This document shows, in pieces, positions 13,568 to 27,040 of a DNA stretch of 64,000 nucleotides (position 1 is its first letter; the number at the start of each line of letters is the position of its first letter). Made by a program: the position numbers and the translations under genes. Source of the DNA: Stegostoma tigrinum. Its lineage: Eukaryota. The notes under the pieces were generated by a model, which did no database searches, had not been told where the DNA came from, and was given only the letters and a program-made list of their open reading frames with translations. The stretch is from positions 25,795,811 to 25,859,810 of the forward strand of contig NC_081381.1 of assembly GCF_030684315.1 (NCBI RefSeq), written 5' to 3'.

Positions 13568-13691
13568 GGAACTGCAGATGCTGGAGAATTCCAAGATAAT
13601 AAAATGTGAGGCTGGATGAACACAGCAGGCCAAGCAGCATCTCAGGAGCACAAAAGCTGACGTTTCGGGCCTAGACCCTTCATCAGAGAGG
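13568..13691 (-). mobile_element. Solo PLE 3' terminus with intact hammerhead core (13659-13686)
   Basis: Essentially identical to about 42710-42833. Confidence 0.9.
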
Positions 13692-14039
13692 GCTTTGGTT
13701 TGGTACGTGCTTCATTTTTTACCTACTTTCACGTAGAAATATTAATATCTCTAAACAACATAACCTTAGAAGTTTTAAAATTAAATGCAATAATCCTTTG
13801 GATTAAAACCATAAAAGATTAAGAAATATCTTTGAATGAACAGATTCTGGATCACATTTTGAAATTGAAGAATGTCAGGATATCGGGACAGTCTGAAACA
13901 GTACTTCACCATTGCCCCAGTCTGTAACTCAGCTATCATATTTCACTATGGCAGCAGTCTCAGGCTGAACTATATGCTCAGCAATCTCAGCATCATACTT
14001 GAGCTCAAGATGAGTTTCTGAACTCATATCTTCTCATCA

Positions 14040-14635
14040 CAAAGGCTGTCCACTTGTAAATAAAATAGTCCTCCACCACTCCATCTCAATCTACTTGCTA
14101 TGGAACTCTCATCCAATCCACTGTCATCCCTGAATTCAGTTAGTCCAATGATCTTCGAGCTGGCCTCTATCTTCCACACTCATATCAACCTAAATTGCTA
14201 CCTCTTCTTTTTCCAAGTTTCACTCACCCATCGCTTCGCACTTCAGTGACCTATGCTGGCTTAGGTTCCTAATATCTCAGATTTAAAAGTTAAATTCTCA
14301 GCCTCATACTTAAATATTTCTCTGGTTCACTCTTAACTCTACAAACACATTTTCTTTGATACAATTTTCTTAAAATTCTTAGCTTTGCTTTGTCCCACCA
14401 CAAGCAGCATGTCCTCAGTTGCCTACACTCAATGGTCTGAAGGTGCTTGTATATGTTTTTCTGGTCTTCACGTGTATGTCCTTCTTAAAATTTCCCCTCA
14501 AGAATGACCTTGTCAGCCCAGCCTTTGGTTAATCCTAATCTTGCCTTTTTTTGGTTTGGCTTCCATTTTTCCTGAGGACTCTGGTACCTTGGGATGTTAT
14601 TTTATGTCAAAGGTATTGTACTTGGTTGCTGTTAA
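14040..14635 (+). mobile_element. Old L2 LINE 3' fragment
   Basis: Ends ccttgggatgttattttatgtcaaagg...gttgctgtt; similar to 18150-18760. Confidence 0.6.
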
Positions 14636-15291
14636 AATTCACAAGGAAGAACCAGGGTATCCGATTAAATCAGAATAGCTAAAAGACAGGGGCTTCACTG
14701 ACCAGACACATGAGGTGAAAACATTGGTTAAACCCTAACCTTGCTCCCTGTCAGAATGAAGACTTTTTACAGCTCTTAATCTGGGCTGAATTTCAAATGT
14801 GACAGAACGCTCCTTTATTGCAATTTCACCTGCCTCAGTGAAATGTCTAGTATTTCATTCAAAGTTAGATTTCAGTCTAAAATTTTGCATGTGAAAAAGC
14901 TGGAACATCTATTCTGATGTGGACTGACTTCACCAAATGACAAAAAAATGCTTCTAAACATAGTTGCAGAATGCAGATTACTACAAGAACAAATTCTGAA
15001 TCAGCATTCCAATCAGGAGCATCATTTCGTACTGGTGCATATTTGAAATTAGAATGAATTGCATCTAACTTTATAACCACTAATCTAAGTGGTCAGAAAA
15101 TCACATTCATTGTGTGCCCAAATTTTTTCACTTATGCTTCCAAAAGGTGAGCCAGATGAAGGAATGCTGCCTGACACAGAATATTAGAATGATGTGGTGT
15201 CACAAAGTCGTAAAGAAAAAACTGTAGCTCTAGATTACTAAGAACAACAATCATTTTTCTCAATTTCCAGATAGCAATATTAAATCCTTAC

Positions 15292-15412
15292 CTATTGCTA
15301 ACTGAGGTAGAGTGCAGCTCAGTCGCTCTGCAATACCCTGCAGTTCTTTTAGTTTTCCTTGCTGTCGTCTGCCTTCCTCAGTTAGAATTTTATCCTTCAA
15401 CCACTGGTAACC
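15292..15412 (-). CDS. KCNAB2: KCNAB2 coding exon, [40 protein letters not shown](A)
   Basis: aattacag|GGTTACCAG...GCAATAG|gtaagg; 121 nt, phase 0/1. Confidence 0.98.
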
Positions 15413-16049
15413 CTGTAATTATATTGTGACTCAGTTCACATTTATTTTCAAAGCTAGCAGCTAGCAGGTAAGACAGTACATCAAGAGGCGGAATCTTAAA
15501 AGATTACCCTAATCACACTCTCTCAATGGATTGGTGAGATAGTTATACTGTCTATGGTGATGGTGACTTTCAAATAGTAATCCTAGCAACAGTCTATGAA
15601 TGTATTCGCCTCACATTTCAAACCAGTTAATAAAACTTTACATTTCTTTATATCAGTGTGCAGATTTCTGTTTAACTTCGAATATTCTAGTTGTTTCAAT
15701 TCTTAGATTCATTTCACTTTTGTCTTGAAATATAATGAATTTTAATTTTAAAAGTTATTTCACTGAAAGGAAACTAAAACAATTCTTCATGTGTGAATTG
15801 ACTTCAAATGACAGTAAAATCTTCTAACCAAACATATTCACAACAATTTTATCTTGACATATATGCATCTCAACTACGGTGAAGTAACCGTGTTACAAAT
15901 GATTTAAATTCTAGGTTTATAGTAATGAACTATCAAAATCCTGGAATTCCCTTTACTAATAGCACTGTGGTGTGCTTACCTGGCCTGTGATGCCCATATT
16001 CCATAAACAAACATTAAAAAAAGTCAATACAAAGACATTCCTACTGTAC

Positions 16050-16144
16050 CTTTAGGGAAGCTCGAGAATAAGGAGGAACCCCTGCATCATATTTTCCAGA
16101 GATAATGCCACAGGCCAAAGGGGACCATGTCATTGCACCAACAC
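16050..16144 (-). CDS. KCNAB2: KCNAB2 coding exon, (G)[31 protein letters not shown]
   Basis: ttcctctttgttgaag|GTGTTGGTGC...CCTAAAG|gtacag; 95 nt, phase 1/0; NADPH-binding WSPLACG motif. Confidence 0.98.
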
Positions 16145-16599
16145 CTTCAACAAAGAGGAATAAAATCAGAAAAGTAAGTTACACTTACTCAGCTCGAGTA
16201 ATGCACTGGGAGCAACTGTTACTGCTTGGGAAAGCAGCCATATGGTAATCTCAGCAGAACTAGGGTAGAAATTGGGGGTTTTCACCCTTGAACAAAACAG
16301 CTGCGCTTTCAAACTCTAAATCCCCATCTAGAATTTGACTCTTCATTAATAAGATATTTTGCAGTTACAGATCTACTCAACTGCAAACCTCACTACTACT
16401 TTTGAAACCATCATTTCCGTTAAAAATATTGTATTTTATGCTGTTTCTCTAGTTAGTCCCCTGATATGGCCCTCACCTCCATTCCCGCAAGTCCAAAGAA
16501 TGCAGGCTGGAAGGGATTTTGAGGACAACTGGTTAAATGATTAACTACCAAACCTGCCTGGATCACATGAAGCACTATTGTATTCTGCTCACCTGTCTA

Positions 16600-18760
16600 A
16601 ACCACTCACTAATTTAGGAATAATTGGAATGCAAAGATAACCTCCAGCATCTTTTATCTGCTGCAAATACTCTTCTGAAACCTGTGTCTCCTCTATCTTC
16701 ACCTTCAACAAGAGCAGGAACTCACTGAATTCACTGTCACTAATATGGAGACCATCTGATCACAGCAGACTCTACCATTTCTCCAACCGTTTGGTCAAAC
16801 TCATCTAAAACTCCCCACAGGTTCTCAGGCCTAATCTCACATCAATCTTTATTTTCTCTCTCCCCAATATTCTCTCTGAACTAATTTCATTGATGAGGCC
16901 CATCTCCTGTCTCTCATAACTCTTTTTCCAATGTACTGCTGACCATACAACTTCCCTTCCTGTTTCCAGCTTTAACTTGTATCGTTCTCTCTCTCACTTC
17001 AGCTACTGTCTTTCAAATCTGCTGTCAATATCCCTCATTAAATAAAACCCTTGAGTTCTTCAGATTTGCAAATTAGTATCACATTTCCAACATTTCCTCT
17101 CCAAAATTCTTGAACATGCTACTGCCTCCCAGACTTTTCTCAGACTCCATATCAGAAACCCTCCGATAAGGTTTCTGCCTTAGCCATAGCATCAAACCAG
17201 CTCTTATCAAAGTTAAAAATGATATCCTGAGACAGACTAAAGTAACTGAGGCTTCTCGACCTGTCAGCAACCTTTGATGTGGCTAACTATACGAACCTTC
17301 TCCAACGCCTAACCACTATTGCCCAGCTGGAGAGGACTCTTGTTGACAATCACCCAACATAACTTTATTACCCAAACCTGTGTTGCTACCTTTGATATGC
17401 GGCTCCATGGCAGTACCATTCAAAAACACAGCACCAGTTTCCACATATATGTTGATGACAAATAGCATTATCAGACCATTACATTTCTAAACCTTGTTAC
17501 TCTATAAATTGTCAGATTGATTTGACGATATCAAGCACAGAATGAGCAGAAATCTCCTCTCATTAAACATTGAAAAGATCAAAGTTATTCTTGATCCTCT
17601 CAACAAAACTTCATTACATAGAACATTACAGCACAGTACAGGCCCTTCGGCCCTCGATGTTGTGCCGACCTGTCATACCGATCTGAAGCCCATCTAACCT
17701 ACACTATTCCATGTACATCCATACGCTTATCCAATGACGACTTAAATGTACCTGAAGTTGGCAAATCTACTACCCTTGCCGGCAAAGCATTCCATTCCCT
17801 TACTACTCTCTGAGTAAAGAAACTACCTCTGACATCTGTCCTATATCTTTCACCCCTCTATTTAAAGCTTGCCGTCACCATCCTAGGAAAAAGGCTCTCC
17901 CTATCCACCCTATCTAACACTCTGATTATTTTATATGTTTCAATTAAGTCACCTCTCAACCTCTTCTTTCCAATGAAAACAGCCTCAAGTCCCTCAGCCT
18001 TTCCTCGTAAGACCTTCCCTCCATCCTAGTAAATCTCCTCTGCACCCTTTCTAAAGCTTCCAAATCCTTCTTATACCTAGGCATCTAGCCATTGATTCTT
18101 TGGTTTGGCAACTATACTAGGCTAAACCAGACTATCGGTAATCTTGGTGTCCAACCAAGTTCACTTATTTTCACCTCAGCAAGATTGTCTGGCTCCACTC
18201 CTCTCTAGCTCAGCTACAACTCTATTGGCATAAACCTGGCTGCCTTAGGACACTTGAGTGGCCTCCCATGTTTTATCCTCCCTACATTTGAGATCATCCA
18301 AATTTCTGCAGCCCATGTCATAACTCTAAGTACCATTCACCTATCACCCCCATCCTTGATGAACTACATTAGCTCCCAGTTAAGTGATGCCTCTATTATA
18401 AAATTTTCACTCTTTTAAAATAAAAACCTCCATGGCTCCATGGCATTGTGCCACCACCCTCTCCCATTTCAGTAATCTCTTTCAGTCTCACAACCCTCAA
18501 GTATCCACACTCCTCTATTTTGAGCCCTTGGAATATCCCCGATTTTGACTGCTCCATTATTAGTGCTTTCAGTTGCTAAAACCTTTTCCTTTGGAATTGC
18601 CTCCTTAAATCTTTGTTTTCTTCTCTCTTCTGTTTTCAGATGTTCTTTAAAATTACATCCGATTAAGCTTTTGGCCATTTTCACTGTTACCCAAATTAAA
18701 TGTTGCTTGATTATGATTCTGAAGTGTATTGGGAAATTTTATTACATTAAAAGTTGTTGT
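16600..18760 (+). mobile_element. Old L2 LINE interrupted by a young CR1 3' end (about 17616-18075, minus)
   Basis: cttctcgacctgtcagcaacctttgat (LDLSAxFD), tatgttgatgacaca-like (YxDD), L2 tail. Confidence 0.8.
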
Positions 18761-18976
18761 GATGTACAAAAAGTGCTTAAAGGTAAATCAAACACTCAAA
18801 AACTTTGAAATCTATTTTCTCAGTTTCCAGATTCTTTGCTTGATACTTGGTTAAAGGGCCAAAGATAGTTCAGCACCTGTAGAAATATACTCCAGGACAA
18901 GTAGAGAAATTTTGATAAAAGAAAGAAATTATTCAAAGTAGGTAATTTTTATTTACAAGTTGGCAAACATATTTAC

Positions 18977-19097
18977 CAATCTTATGGAAGAGCTCTGGAA
19001 GCTGCACTTCAACTTTCTCTCTCTGGAAGAGGTGATATTCAGCTTGTTCACATATTGGGGGGATGAGGTTAAATTGTCGAGCCACTGAGTAAGCTTC
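18977..19097 (-). CDS. KCNAB2: KCNAB2 coding exon, [40 protein letters not shown](G)
   Basis: ctctgtcctttag|GAAGCTTAC...AAGATTG|gtaaat; 121 nt, phase 0/1. Confidence 0.98.
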
Positions 19098-22000
19098 CTA
19101 AAGGACAGAGACAGTTACAGAATAATTTGGTATCTTGAAAGAGGAATCATCAAGCCTGCTTTTCCAACAGTTTCTGCTCATAAAAACAAAATCAATGTTC
19201 AGTTGCAGTATACCTTGTTATTAAGCACTTGAAGAGATGGAAGCAAAAGATAAAAATGGAAATTCATCAATGGTAAATTCAAGTAAGTAAATTCACCACT
19301 GTCTTATCAGATCACTTTCTCATTAGAGAGATGACCGGTGCTGGTTTAACCTATATGGTCAACAAGCCTCAGGTGAGAGGAGAAGTTGAGAAGGATAGTG
19401 CTTCATGGTAACCGCAGACAGTAACTGGAACTGAATCCATGCTGTTGGCATCACTGCACTGCAAAACAGCTGACATCAACAGTAAACCTAGAACAGTTAC
19501 TAGGAATAAATTCTTGAATCAAAAAATGCTGCTTGGAATAATTTACCAAAGTAACAGAAGCAAAACATACCGATTATTCAAAATACATTCGGTTACCACA
19601 CTGCAGTGTTAATGTGTGGTAGAAGGGCAGGGATATACTTTTAACATGTAGGATGCTGCACTGAAGAAAGAACGCAGACTCTGATAGACCAGATAGAATT
19701 TTCTGATGCCTAACTTTTCACTTGTTCTGACTAACTGCCAAGGGCCTGTGCTATCAATGTGACTAGATAATTATCAAACAAAAATTTTCCATTTTCTTTG
19801 CATTACATCTGATCTACATTATACCCTTGGATAACAAAATTATACTAAACATTCACAGCACATTTTCAAACATGACAGTCTCATAAATACTAGCGCTGTG
19901 ATGGTTACAGTGTAGAATTCTGGCAGTCTTACAAGTACCACAGTCACTTATCTGTTATGGGAGGAAACATGGTACTACAAATTCCAATGTTCTAAATCAG
20001 AAAGAACCTGGCTATTCATATTTTACACTTACTTTGAGGTCTCAATTCTGCACCAGAAACTAGGCTCATAGCTCATATCTCAGTACTTTACAGAATGGGG
20101 TTGATGATTTGATGCCAATGAGCCTTTGTTAACAGTCAAATTTGCCTTCCCTGTCCCAAAACCAATCCATCAGAATTTTATGTGAAATCCCTTTTTTTTG
20201 TCTAAGGCAATCTCAGGTGAGGAGATGTGGGTGATGGAGAGAGTTTTTAACATAAAAATTGCTCATGGTGTGGTGAGAGTCACTGGCAACACTAGAACTA
20301 TGATCTAGCTATTATTGCTAGTTGCATGTTTAATAGTACCTAGTCAATGGTGATGGTGTTTGGTGGATTACCCAAATATGAGGGAAATGAGTCGAGGTCA
20401 GTAGAGATATTGTTATGAACTCAGAAATATAGTAGCTGTAGTCTCTGGCTTTTTAAAAATCCAATACAGTGACTAATGCAGTGGAGAAATCTAACTAAAT
20501 GGTGCAGCTTTTAACAAATGAACGGGGTTCATTAAATAAAAAATTGATACCACCACAATACTTGAACCACAAAATTTCCGTGCAATTGAAACACAGTCTT
20601 CACAAATATATAGCCTGCTGGCTTACAAATTCTTTGGTCAGTGACTCTGTTGAGGGAGAACAGGCTCATTCAGTAAGGAAGAGGTGAATCTAGTTTGCAA
20701 TCATGGCATCAAAGGCATGGATCCTTAATATCATACTACTGTACACCATCACAAACACAGAATTTCTTAAGGCCAATCAAATTGCACCTACTCTCGCAAA
20801 AGGTTTCAAAATGTAACTAAAATTGGCACAAATGGGACTAAATACAATTGTATTGGCTGCATTTCTATTAATAGTTACTTCTTGGCAATTAAAATTTAGA
20901 ACTATTTCTGACATCACTGTTGCTTTTAGTATCAGTCTGTACATTTTCTATGGATCATGCTGTTGAGGAAAAGGCATATTTAAAAATTCCAAAATAGTGA
21001 CTTGTAAAAGAATAATTGTTTGTGAAAAGAAATACACACTGTGATTTACATGCAGCATAAGGAAGAAATTTAATTTTAAAACGTAATTATATTTTAACCT
21101 GTGTAGTTGTACGCACAAGAGGAAAATGGAAGCTATTCTTTGGAAGTCAAATAGGAAAAAAATGATAAATATAACTCAATGGAGGTACAGAGGGATCAGC
21201 ACTCTATTTTAAAACATACAATCCTAAGTGATGAATGGTCCACAAGGTGAATGCTCATACAAGTCTCTAGTTGGATCCTTGAACAACATTTAGCGAGGCT
21301 TAGGAAGATGCTCTAGTCACATAATAATTAACAAATGTGGAGATTGTGAAGTGAGAATTAAAATTTGGGCTGCACATTTCACATGTATTAGTTGAGGAAT
21401 AACTGTTCAGAAAAATCAATGGGGATTCATCTGTACAGAAAAAGCAAAAAGGAGTTCAGTTATTGGAACTGTTTTTCGGAATGATTCTTCATCAAGCCAT
21501 GATGAAGGGCCCAGACCCATAATCTAGGACAACAGTAAATATGAACACCATTGTACAGAAGGTGATATATATTAACACATGACTCCAAACTCACATGTGA
21601 AGAAAATCAGCATATTGTGGCAGGCAGTGAATACTGAGGGAGAAGATTAAAATTCAAAAGGATGCTTAAAAGGTGACTGAGGAGCAATAAACAGAAAGGG
21701 GCCTGTGAACAACTCAACTCAATCACTGGAAAATCCCTCTGGATTGTATCACATTTGAGAGGGGTGCTTTTAAGAAACTCTAATCATTCCCAATCAAATT
21801 TGGGTAGTAGTGGCTAGGGCAAAACTAACAATTCTTTGTGGTTTAAATCTTCAGACAGTGAGTCAGCAGAAAGCTGTGCAATTCTTCCATTTCCTAATGC
21901 AAGGGATTGACATCTCTATAGTCACTACTCAGCACAGACTGTTTACTGTGCTATTAATACTTTTGCATTTGGTGGTTTAGAAAACTTGACACATGCATTA

Positions 22001-22507
22001 CCTTTTGAAACTAGAAACACTGACACTTTATGTTTATAACCAAAAAAGTTAAAACATTTTCATATCACTGTACATTATTAATGAAAATCTATTCCGCAAT
22101 TGCCAACTTTACATAATATGAATAATTAATAAAATCTGAAATAAAAAAATTAGTTACTTCCATACAATCATACATAAAATTCCACAGGTAAACCTATTGT
22201 GACTACTGTTATTTTATTAATATAGTCACTATCTCGGTGGAAATGTTCTATTCGGAAAGCTGAATTATTGCAGGATGCTGCAGCATTAAACTGTTGCTAT
22301 AGAATGGTCTGACACTGCTCCATATGCAATAGCATAACGTGAACTCAGTTGGATCTAGAAGCAAAGAATTTTGGATGTTAACCGAAATTCCACTTCTCTT
22401 GACACAACAGAAATATTGCCTCAGGGCACTGTAACATTAATTATTTCTGGAAAAAGAGAGCAAAATAATTAATTTTTCTGAAGTTCAAACTCCTGTACTG
22501 TTCTTAC

Positions 22508-22593
22508 CATGATCTCCATCGCACTCCATCGTGAGGTGCCCCAGTACATAGCCATTCCTTGGTTAATTACATGTGTCATTGCTCTCACGGTTT
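22508..22593 (-). CDS. KCNAB2: KCNAB2 coding exon, (E)[28 protein letters not shown]
   Basis: ttctctcctggcag|AAACCGTGAG...GAGATCATG|gtaaga; 86 nt, phase 1/0. Confidence 0.98.
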
Positions 22594-23899
22594 CTGCCAG
22601 GAGAGAAGAAGCCATTTATATATAATTTTTTTAGTGACTTATCTGGGCTGCTGCATAATATGCCTGTATATTGCTACTGGTTTCACAACAGGGATCTTTT
22701 TGCCGCAAGACATCTTGCAAGCAGTGTACATCAGTCTTGCAACAGTGGAATCATGAGGCATTCTAATCTTTTACTTTCCCTCAGAAGTCCTTCACATTGC
22801 TGGTCTACTAAAATAAATAAGGGAGGAATTTGTGTGATAATTATGATACTTGAGTAAATGTGTGATAGAAGGGAAAGAAAATTAAAAGAAAGAATAAGCC
22901 AATTTTTCTGTATTTTCTGAAATATGTGAAAAAAAAAATGGAAATGTGTGCAAAATAGTGAATACAACTGACAAATAATGTCACGTTAAGAATTAACAAA
23001 ACAAAAAATTGTTTGTCCGAGGATCGACTCAAGAGACAACATCCCTTTTTTGAAGGCCTACCTACAACAGATTTCACAATGCAATACCTGGTAAAAGCAT
23101 GACAGAATACAAAGATCAATGGTATATCAAAGAAAAAACTGCTAAAGTAGGGACTGCTGTGGGATATACACTGGCCTTTCACTTTTTAGGTCCTGGATTC
23201 TCATTTATTTCAGTTCTTATTAGATACAGGCCTATAGTACAAAACACATAGTAAATCAGTGATCTCAATGAAGCCTTAGTGTGGGAAATGGAAAAGTCCC
23301 ACACATGTTCAGCATGGTAGTCTCTTCTGAGGTTAGATCTGAGGCAGTTTGCTTGGCCAGAATAATTTTTAATTCTGCTATAATATACCCCACCTAAAAG
23401 TATTTTCTGAACACGGTGCCTGAAATGGTCATGTTTCATTCCCAGCCCTTGTATCCTCATTTTAGTGAGCAGAATGTGATCTAATCTTTACGGTAACCAT
23501 TCAAAGACATTCTTAAAATTCTGTTTACCACTGTGCAGCTTCTAACTCAATTTTTGACATCTTCAGAATACAACTCTTTTTTGAGGAGGCCACTCAAATT
23601 TAAGTTTTAGGCAAAATTCCCATTAAGCTTAGCGATTCTAAAAGAACAAGATGACAAAAAAGTGGGTGTTCCTCACTGATAGAAGGAAAAGTATGGTTGC
23701 TCAGCTTTGACTCGTTGCACCTCTGTAAATCATAAAACCTCATCAAGGCCTTCAATATCATGTAAAGTGTCAATCTCAACTCAATATCTTGTTGCTGACT
23801 TAATAGGCAACAAGAAGTTTAAGGTTTACTCAACATCATGCACTATCCAAAAGATACACCGTAGCAACTAAAGTCTTTTTGAGCACTTCCTTAATTCAG

Positions 23900-24175
23900 A
23901 CTTCTACTATCTAGAAGGACAAGAGTAGCAGGCCCCTGGAAACACCACCATCTTTAAATATTCTTCCAAGTCACTAACTCAGAAGTAGATGCGTTCTTTC
24001 ATTGTCACTAAGTCAATACCTACAGCTTCCTACTTAACAGCATAATGGGAGCACCTTCACCACATGGACTCCAGCAGTTCAAGGTGGCAGGTCATCATCA
24101 TCTTCTCAAGGGAAGTTAGAGGTGAGCAATGAATGTTGGCATTGCCAAAAATACCCAAATCTTGTAATTGAACAC
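23900..24175 (+). mobile_element. 3' end of an unclassified shark LINE; same family at about 53500-54540 and 15935-16020
   Basis: Shared ctagaaggacaag...caacagcactgtgg...cccatatcccatgaa tail. Confidence 0.65.
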
Positions 24176-24214
24176 AAACAGTTTTCAAGATTTCAGAATA
24201 AAATCTAACTGGAC

Positions 24215-24480
24215 ACTTCAACATCAGTTTTACTTTTTGGACGAGATGTTAATCTGAAACCTGGACTACCATCTTGGATGAATACAAAAATTTCCAATAG
24301 CATTATTTGTTGAAAAGCTGATTCCTCTGACCAACCAACATCACAACCAAAATTGCCAAAAAAACAGCAGGTCATTCATCTCATTGGTGTCTATGATGCC
24401 TTGTGCATAAACTGGTTGTGCATTTTACTTCTCACAGTGCCAATTTAAAAATTAATCAATTCCAGGACATTTTGCTTACA
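24215..24480 (+). mobile_element. DeuSINE (SacSINE1-like), degenerate
   Basis: Reverse-complement similarity to 59350-59720. Confidence 0.55.
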
Positions 24481-26809
24481 GAAAGAGAAAATAAAACACA
24501 TTCAAATACTTAACTGGATCAAACAAAAATTTTGTAGAAATTTCTCTTTGTGGCATAGTTTGTACAAGATTAATTGTGTTGAAAAAGGAAGAGGTTATCT
24601 CCTTTGCCAAATATTGGAATACGACATGCACCAAAAATGCCAAACCTTTTCTTATATCTGGTATATTTTTGGGCAACAACATTTTCCTTTCAATTTTCTT
24701 GTTTGTGTTTCTCAAATGTCCAGAGTTGCTGCTATATGTTTTCACAGGCACCACCTTCAGCCTTGCCCAAATTTAATTCTAGGAAGTAAGTATCATTGGA
24801 GACTTGAACTGCTCATTTAATTAAAAGCCTTCTCAGCTTAAGGGTGAATGAAATAAACTGAAGCAAGTTCTAATTAAACTTGCATGTGTCTATAGTATAA
24901 AACAACAACACTGACACTAAATTAGCAATCTTAGCCTACAGGAATTCATAATAGTGACATATTTAAATTGCTAAAGTTACAGTACTTATCAACTGCTTGT
25001 CTCACATTTTGATCAGTCCGTACTCAATGTGTTCACTTTCTAGTTTTTCCAGTTCTATTGCTTCACGGCCACGTCACCTTTCTTCTGCCAAACTGTCAAC
25101 ATTAGAAAAACGTTTGCAGTGACATTTGTGATCAATAAGGAGTTGTTTCATTTTAATGTAGTAAATTACAAGTGTGATGTAGTAAATTATCACTTTTTAA
25201 AATCAGGATGATTGATTTGCACTTGGCAATTACAGCTAAATCAGTGGCTCACATTTTTGAGAGATTTTAGTTTTTAATTCTCTGATTCTATGATGCTGTG
25301 GTAATGAAACGATATCCAGAGAAAGGTTTAAATTCTAGTTTGTTCTACAAAAATGATTGTGTTTCTCCAATTTTACAGGCCCAGATAAACAATAACTCAA
25401 TGGATGGAGGTAGCTTGGAGGCATGCTTTCCCACAGCTATATTTTTATCAGCCCCAACATGAAAAGACACCAACATTTGCCTTGTTAGATGGCTCATATT
25501 TGATTTCAGAGTTCTGAGAGAGTGCTCCATTGAACTGTCAGGGCTAATTAGTCAAAATAAGATTCACTATAAAATTAGTGGAGTCAGATTCTCACTGCGT
25601 GAATATGATATAAATTCCAGGGCAAGATTTTTTTGATTTGCCAAGACTGACCACAGAAAGGTATTTTTTCCCACCCCCCAAGGCATGACAGCACAACCTG
25701 TACTCACATCTCAGCATTTTGGGTACCATCATTGGATGAGCAAATGTGTTAATGGTCTGCTCAGGTGGTGAAAAGATCCCTCTTTTGATAGTTCTGACAT
25801 TTAAGTTAACATTCAGCCCACATGACCAGAAGAGATTGACACTTAATTTCTGCTCTTAGATAACTGCATTTCAAAAATTAGCTGTTACATTCTTTGGAAA
25901 CACTGAAGAACTCAGTGGTGAATTCAAGAAGCAAGGAAATACAATTTTTGTATGTTATTTAATCAGCATGTGTAAAAATGAATATTTTGCTTGACAGTTG
26001 GCTAACAGTGTCACATTTGTCATGAAATGTTACGTTTGCTGTAAATCATCAGCAAGTTCAGTTCGAGAATTGGCAAATGTTCTGAATTAATTTAAACTTG
26101 CTCTTTCCTACTGACAGACGAGCCATGTGTTTTTAAAAGTTTTCAGTGTGTCATATAGCCTTTTTTTCAGAAAGGCTACACAAATTGCAGTGTTACTGAG
26201 GAGCAAGGTCATAAGTACAGTCACAACCACTATGCTCCAGGCAACAGCACCCCTTGTCAGCACTTTATTGAGTCCCAATGAGAATGGTGATTGTGCGTGA
26301 AGCCAAGCTTTCCAAAATTTTGGTTGGCTAAAGCCACCGTGGAGAAGAAAATGTCTATCATACCCCTTTGCAGGAAGAAGAAAGCCATCCTGTGAACAGC
26401 TAAACACAAGTGTAAAATGACAATATCCAACTGTAAATATGAAAGGTTGTGTCCCATGGGAGACTCTGCTAGGTGAAAAGTATCCACTGTGAAATCAATG
26501 GGAAAATGAGGGCATGAAGCAAGCTACACACAAAGAAGAATTAACAAATGATTTGACAATATATGCAAGACTAAAAGGACATAAGTATGACTGAAGAAAA
26601 TCTGAATTTCAAATCTATCAATTGGTATAACCATGTGTGCATTTTCAAAAGTAAACCTTCCAATCTGTACTGTGGTACTTAAATTCCAGTATGTACAATT
26701 TAAATGCGTTAAGACTTGGCTGAAACACCGCAGTCAAGACTTTGGTTCAACTGTGCATAACACGCATACCAAAACTGTACTGACTGGAAAACATCTGAAA
26801 ATCTTTAAA

Positions 26810-27040
26810 GCAAAAATAAAATACCACAGGTGCTAGAAATTGGAAATAAAAACAGAAATTTCTGCAAATACTTAGCAGGTAATGCAGAATCTTTAGAGAT
26901 AAGCACAGTTGACATTTCAAGTCAATGACTTTCCACACAATTTGCATGAATCTGACCCTGATGAAAGATCACAGATTTTTGCTCCGAAGATGCAACCTGT
27001 CCTGAAAAGCTTTTGTGGCATTTTCTGTTTTTATTATGTC
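26810..27040. mobile_element. Old palindromic PLE mini-element, third tail family, with hammerhead remnants
   Basis: aataaaaacagaaa...ttttctgtttttatt inverted ends; CTGATGA on plus and GAAATGTC on minus. Confidence 0.6.

Noticed and set aside
16183-16188. Strong donor GA|gtaagt upstream of the exon at 16144
   Set aside because: It would define a 44-nt intron, too short for vertebrate splicing; no supporting exon
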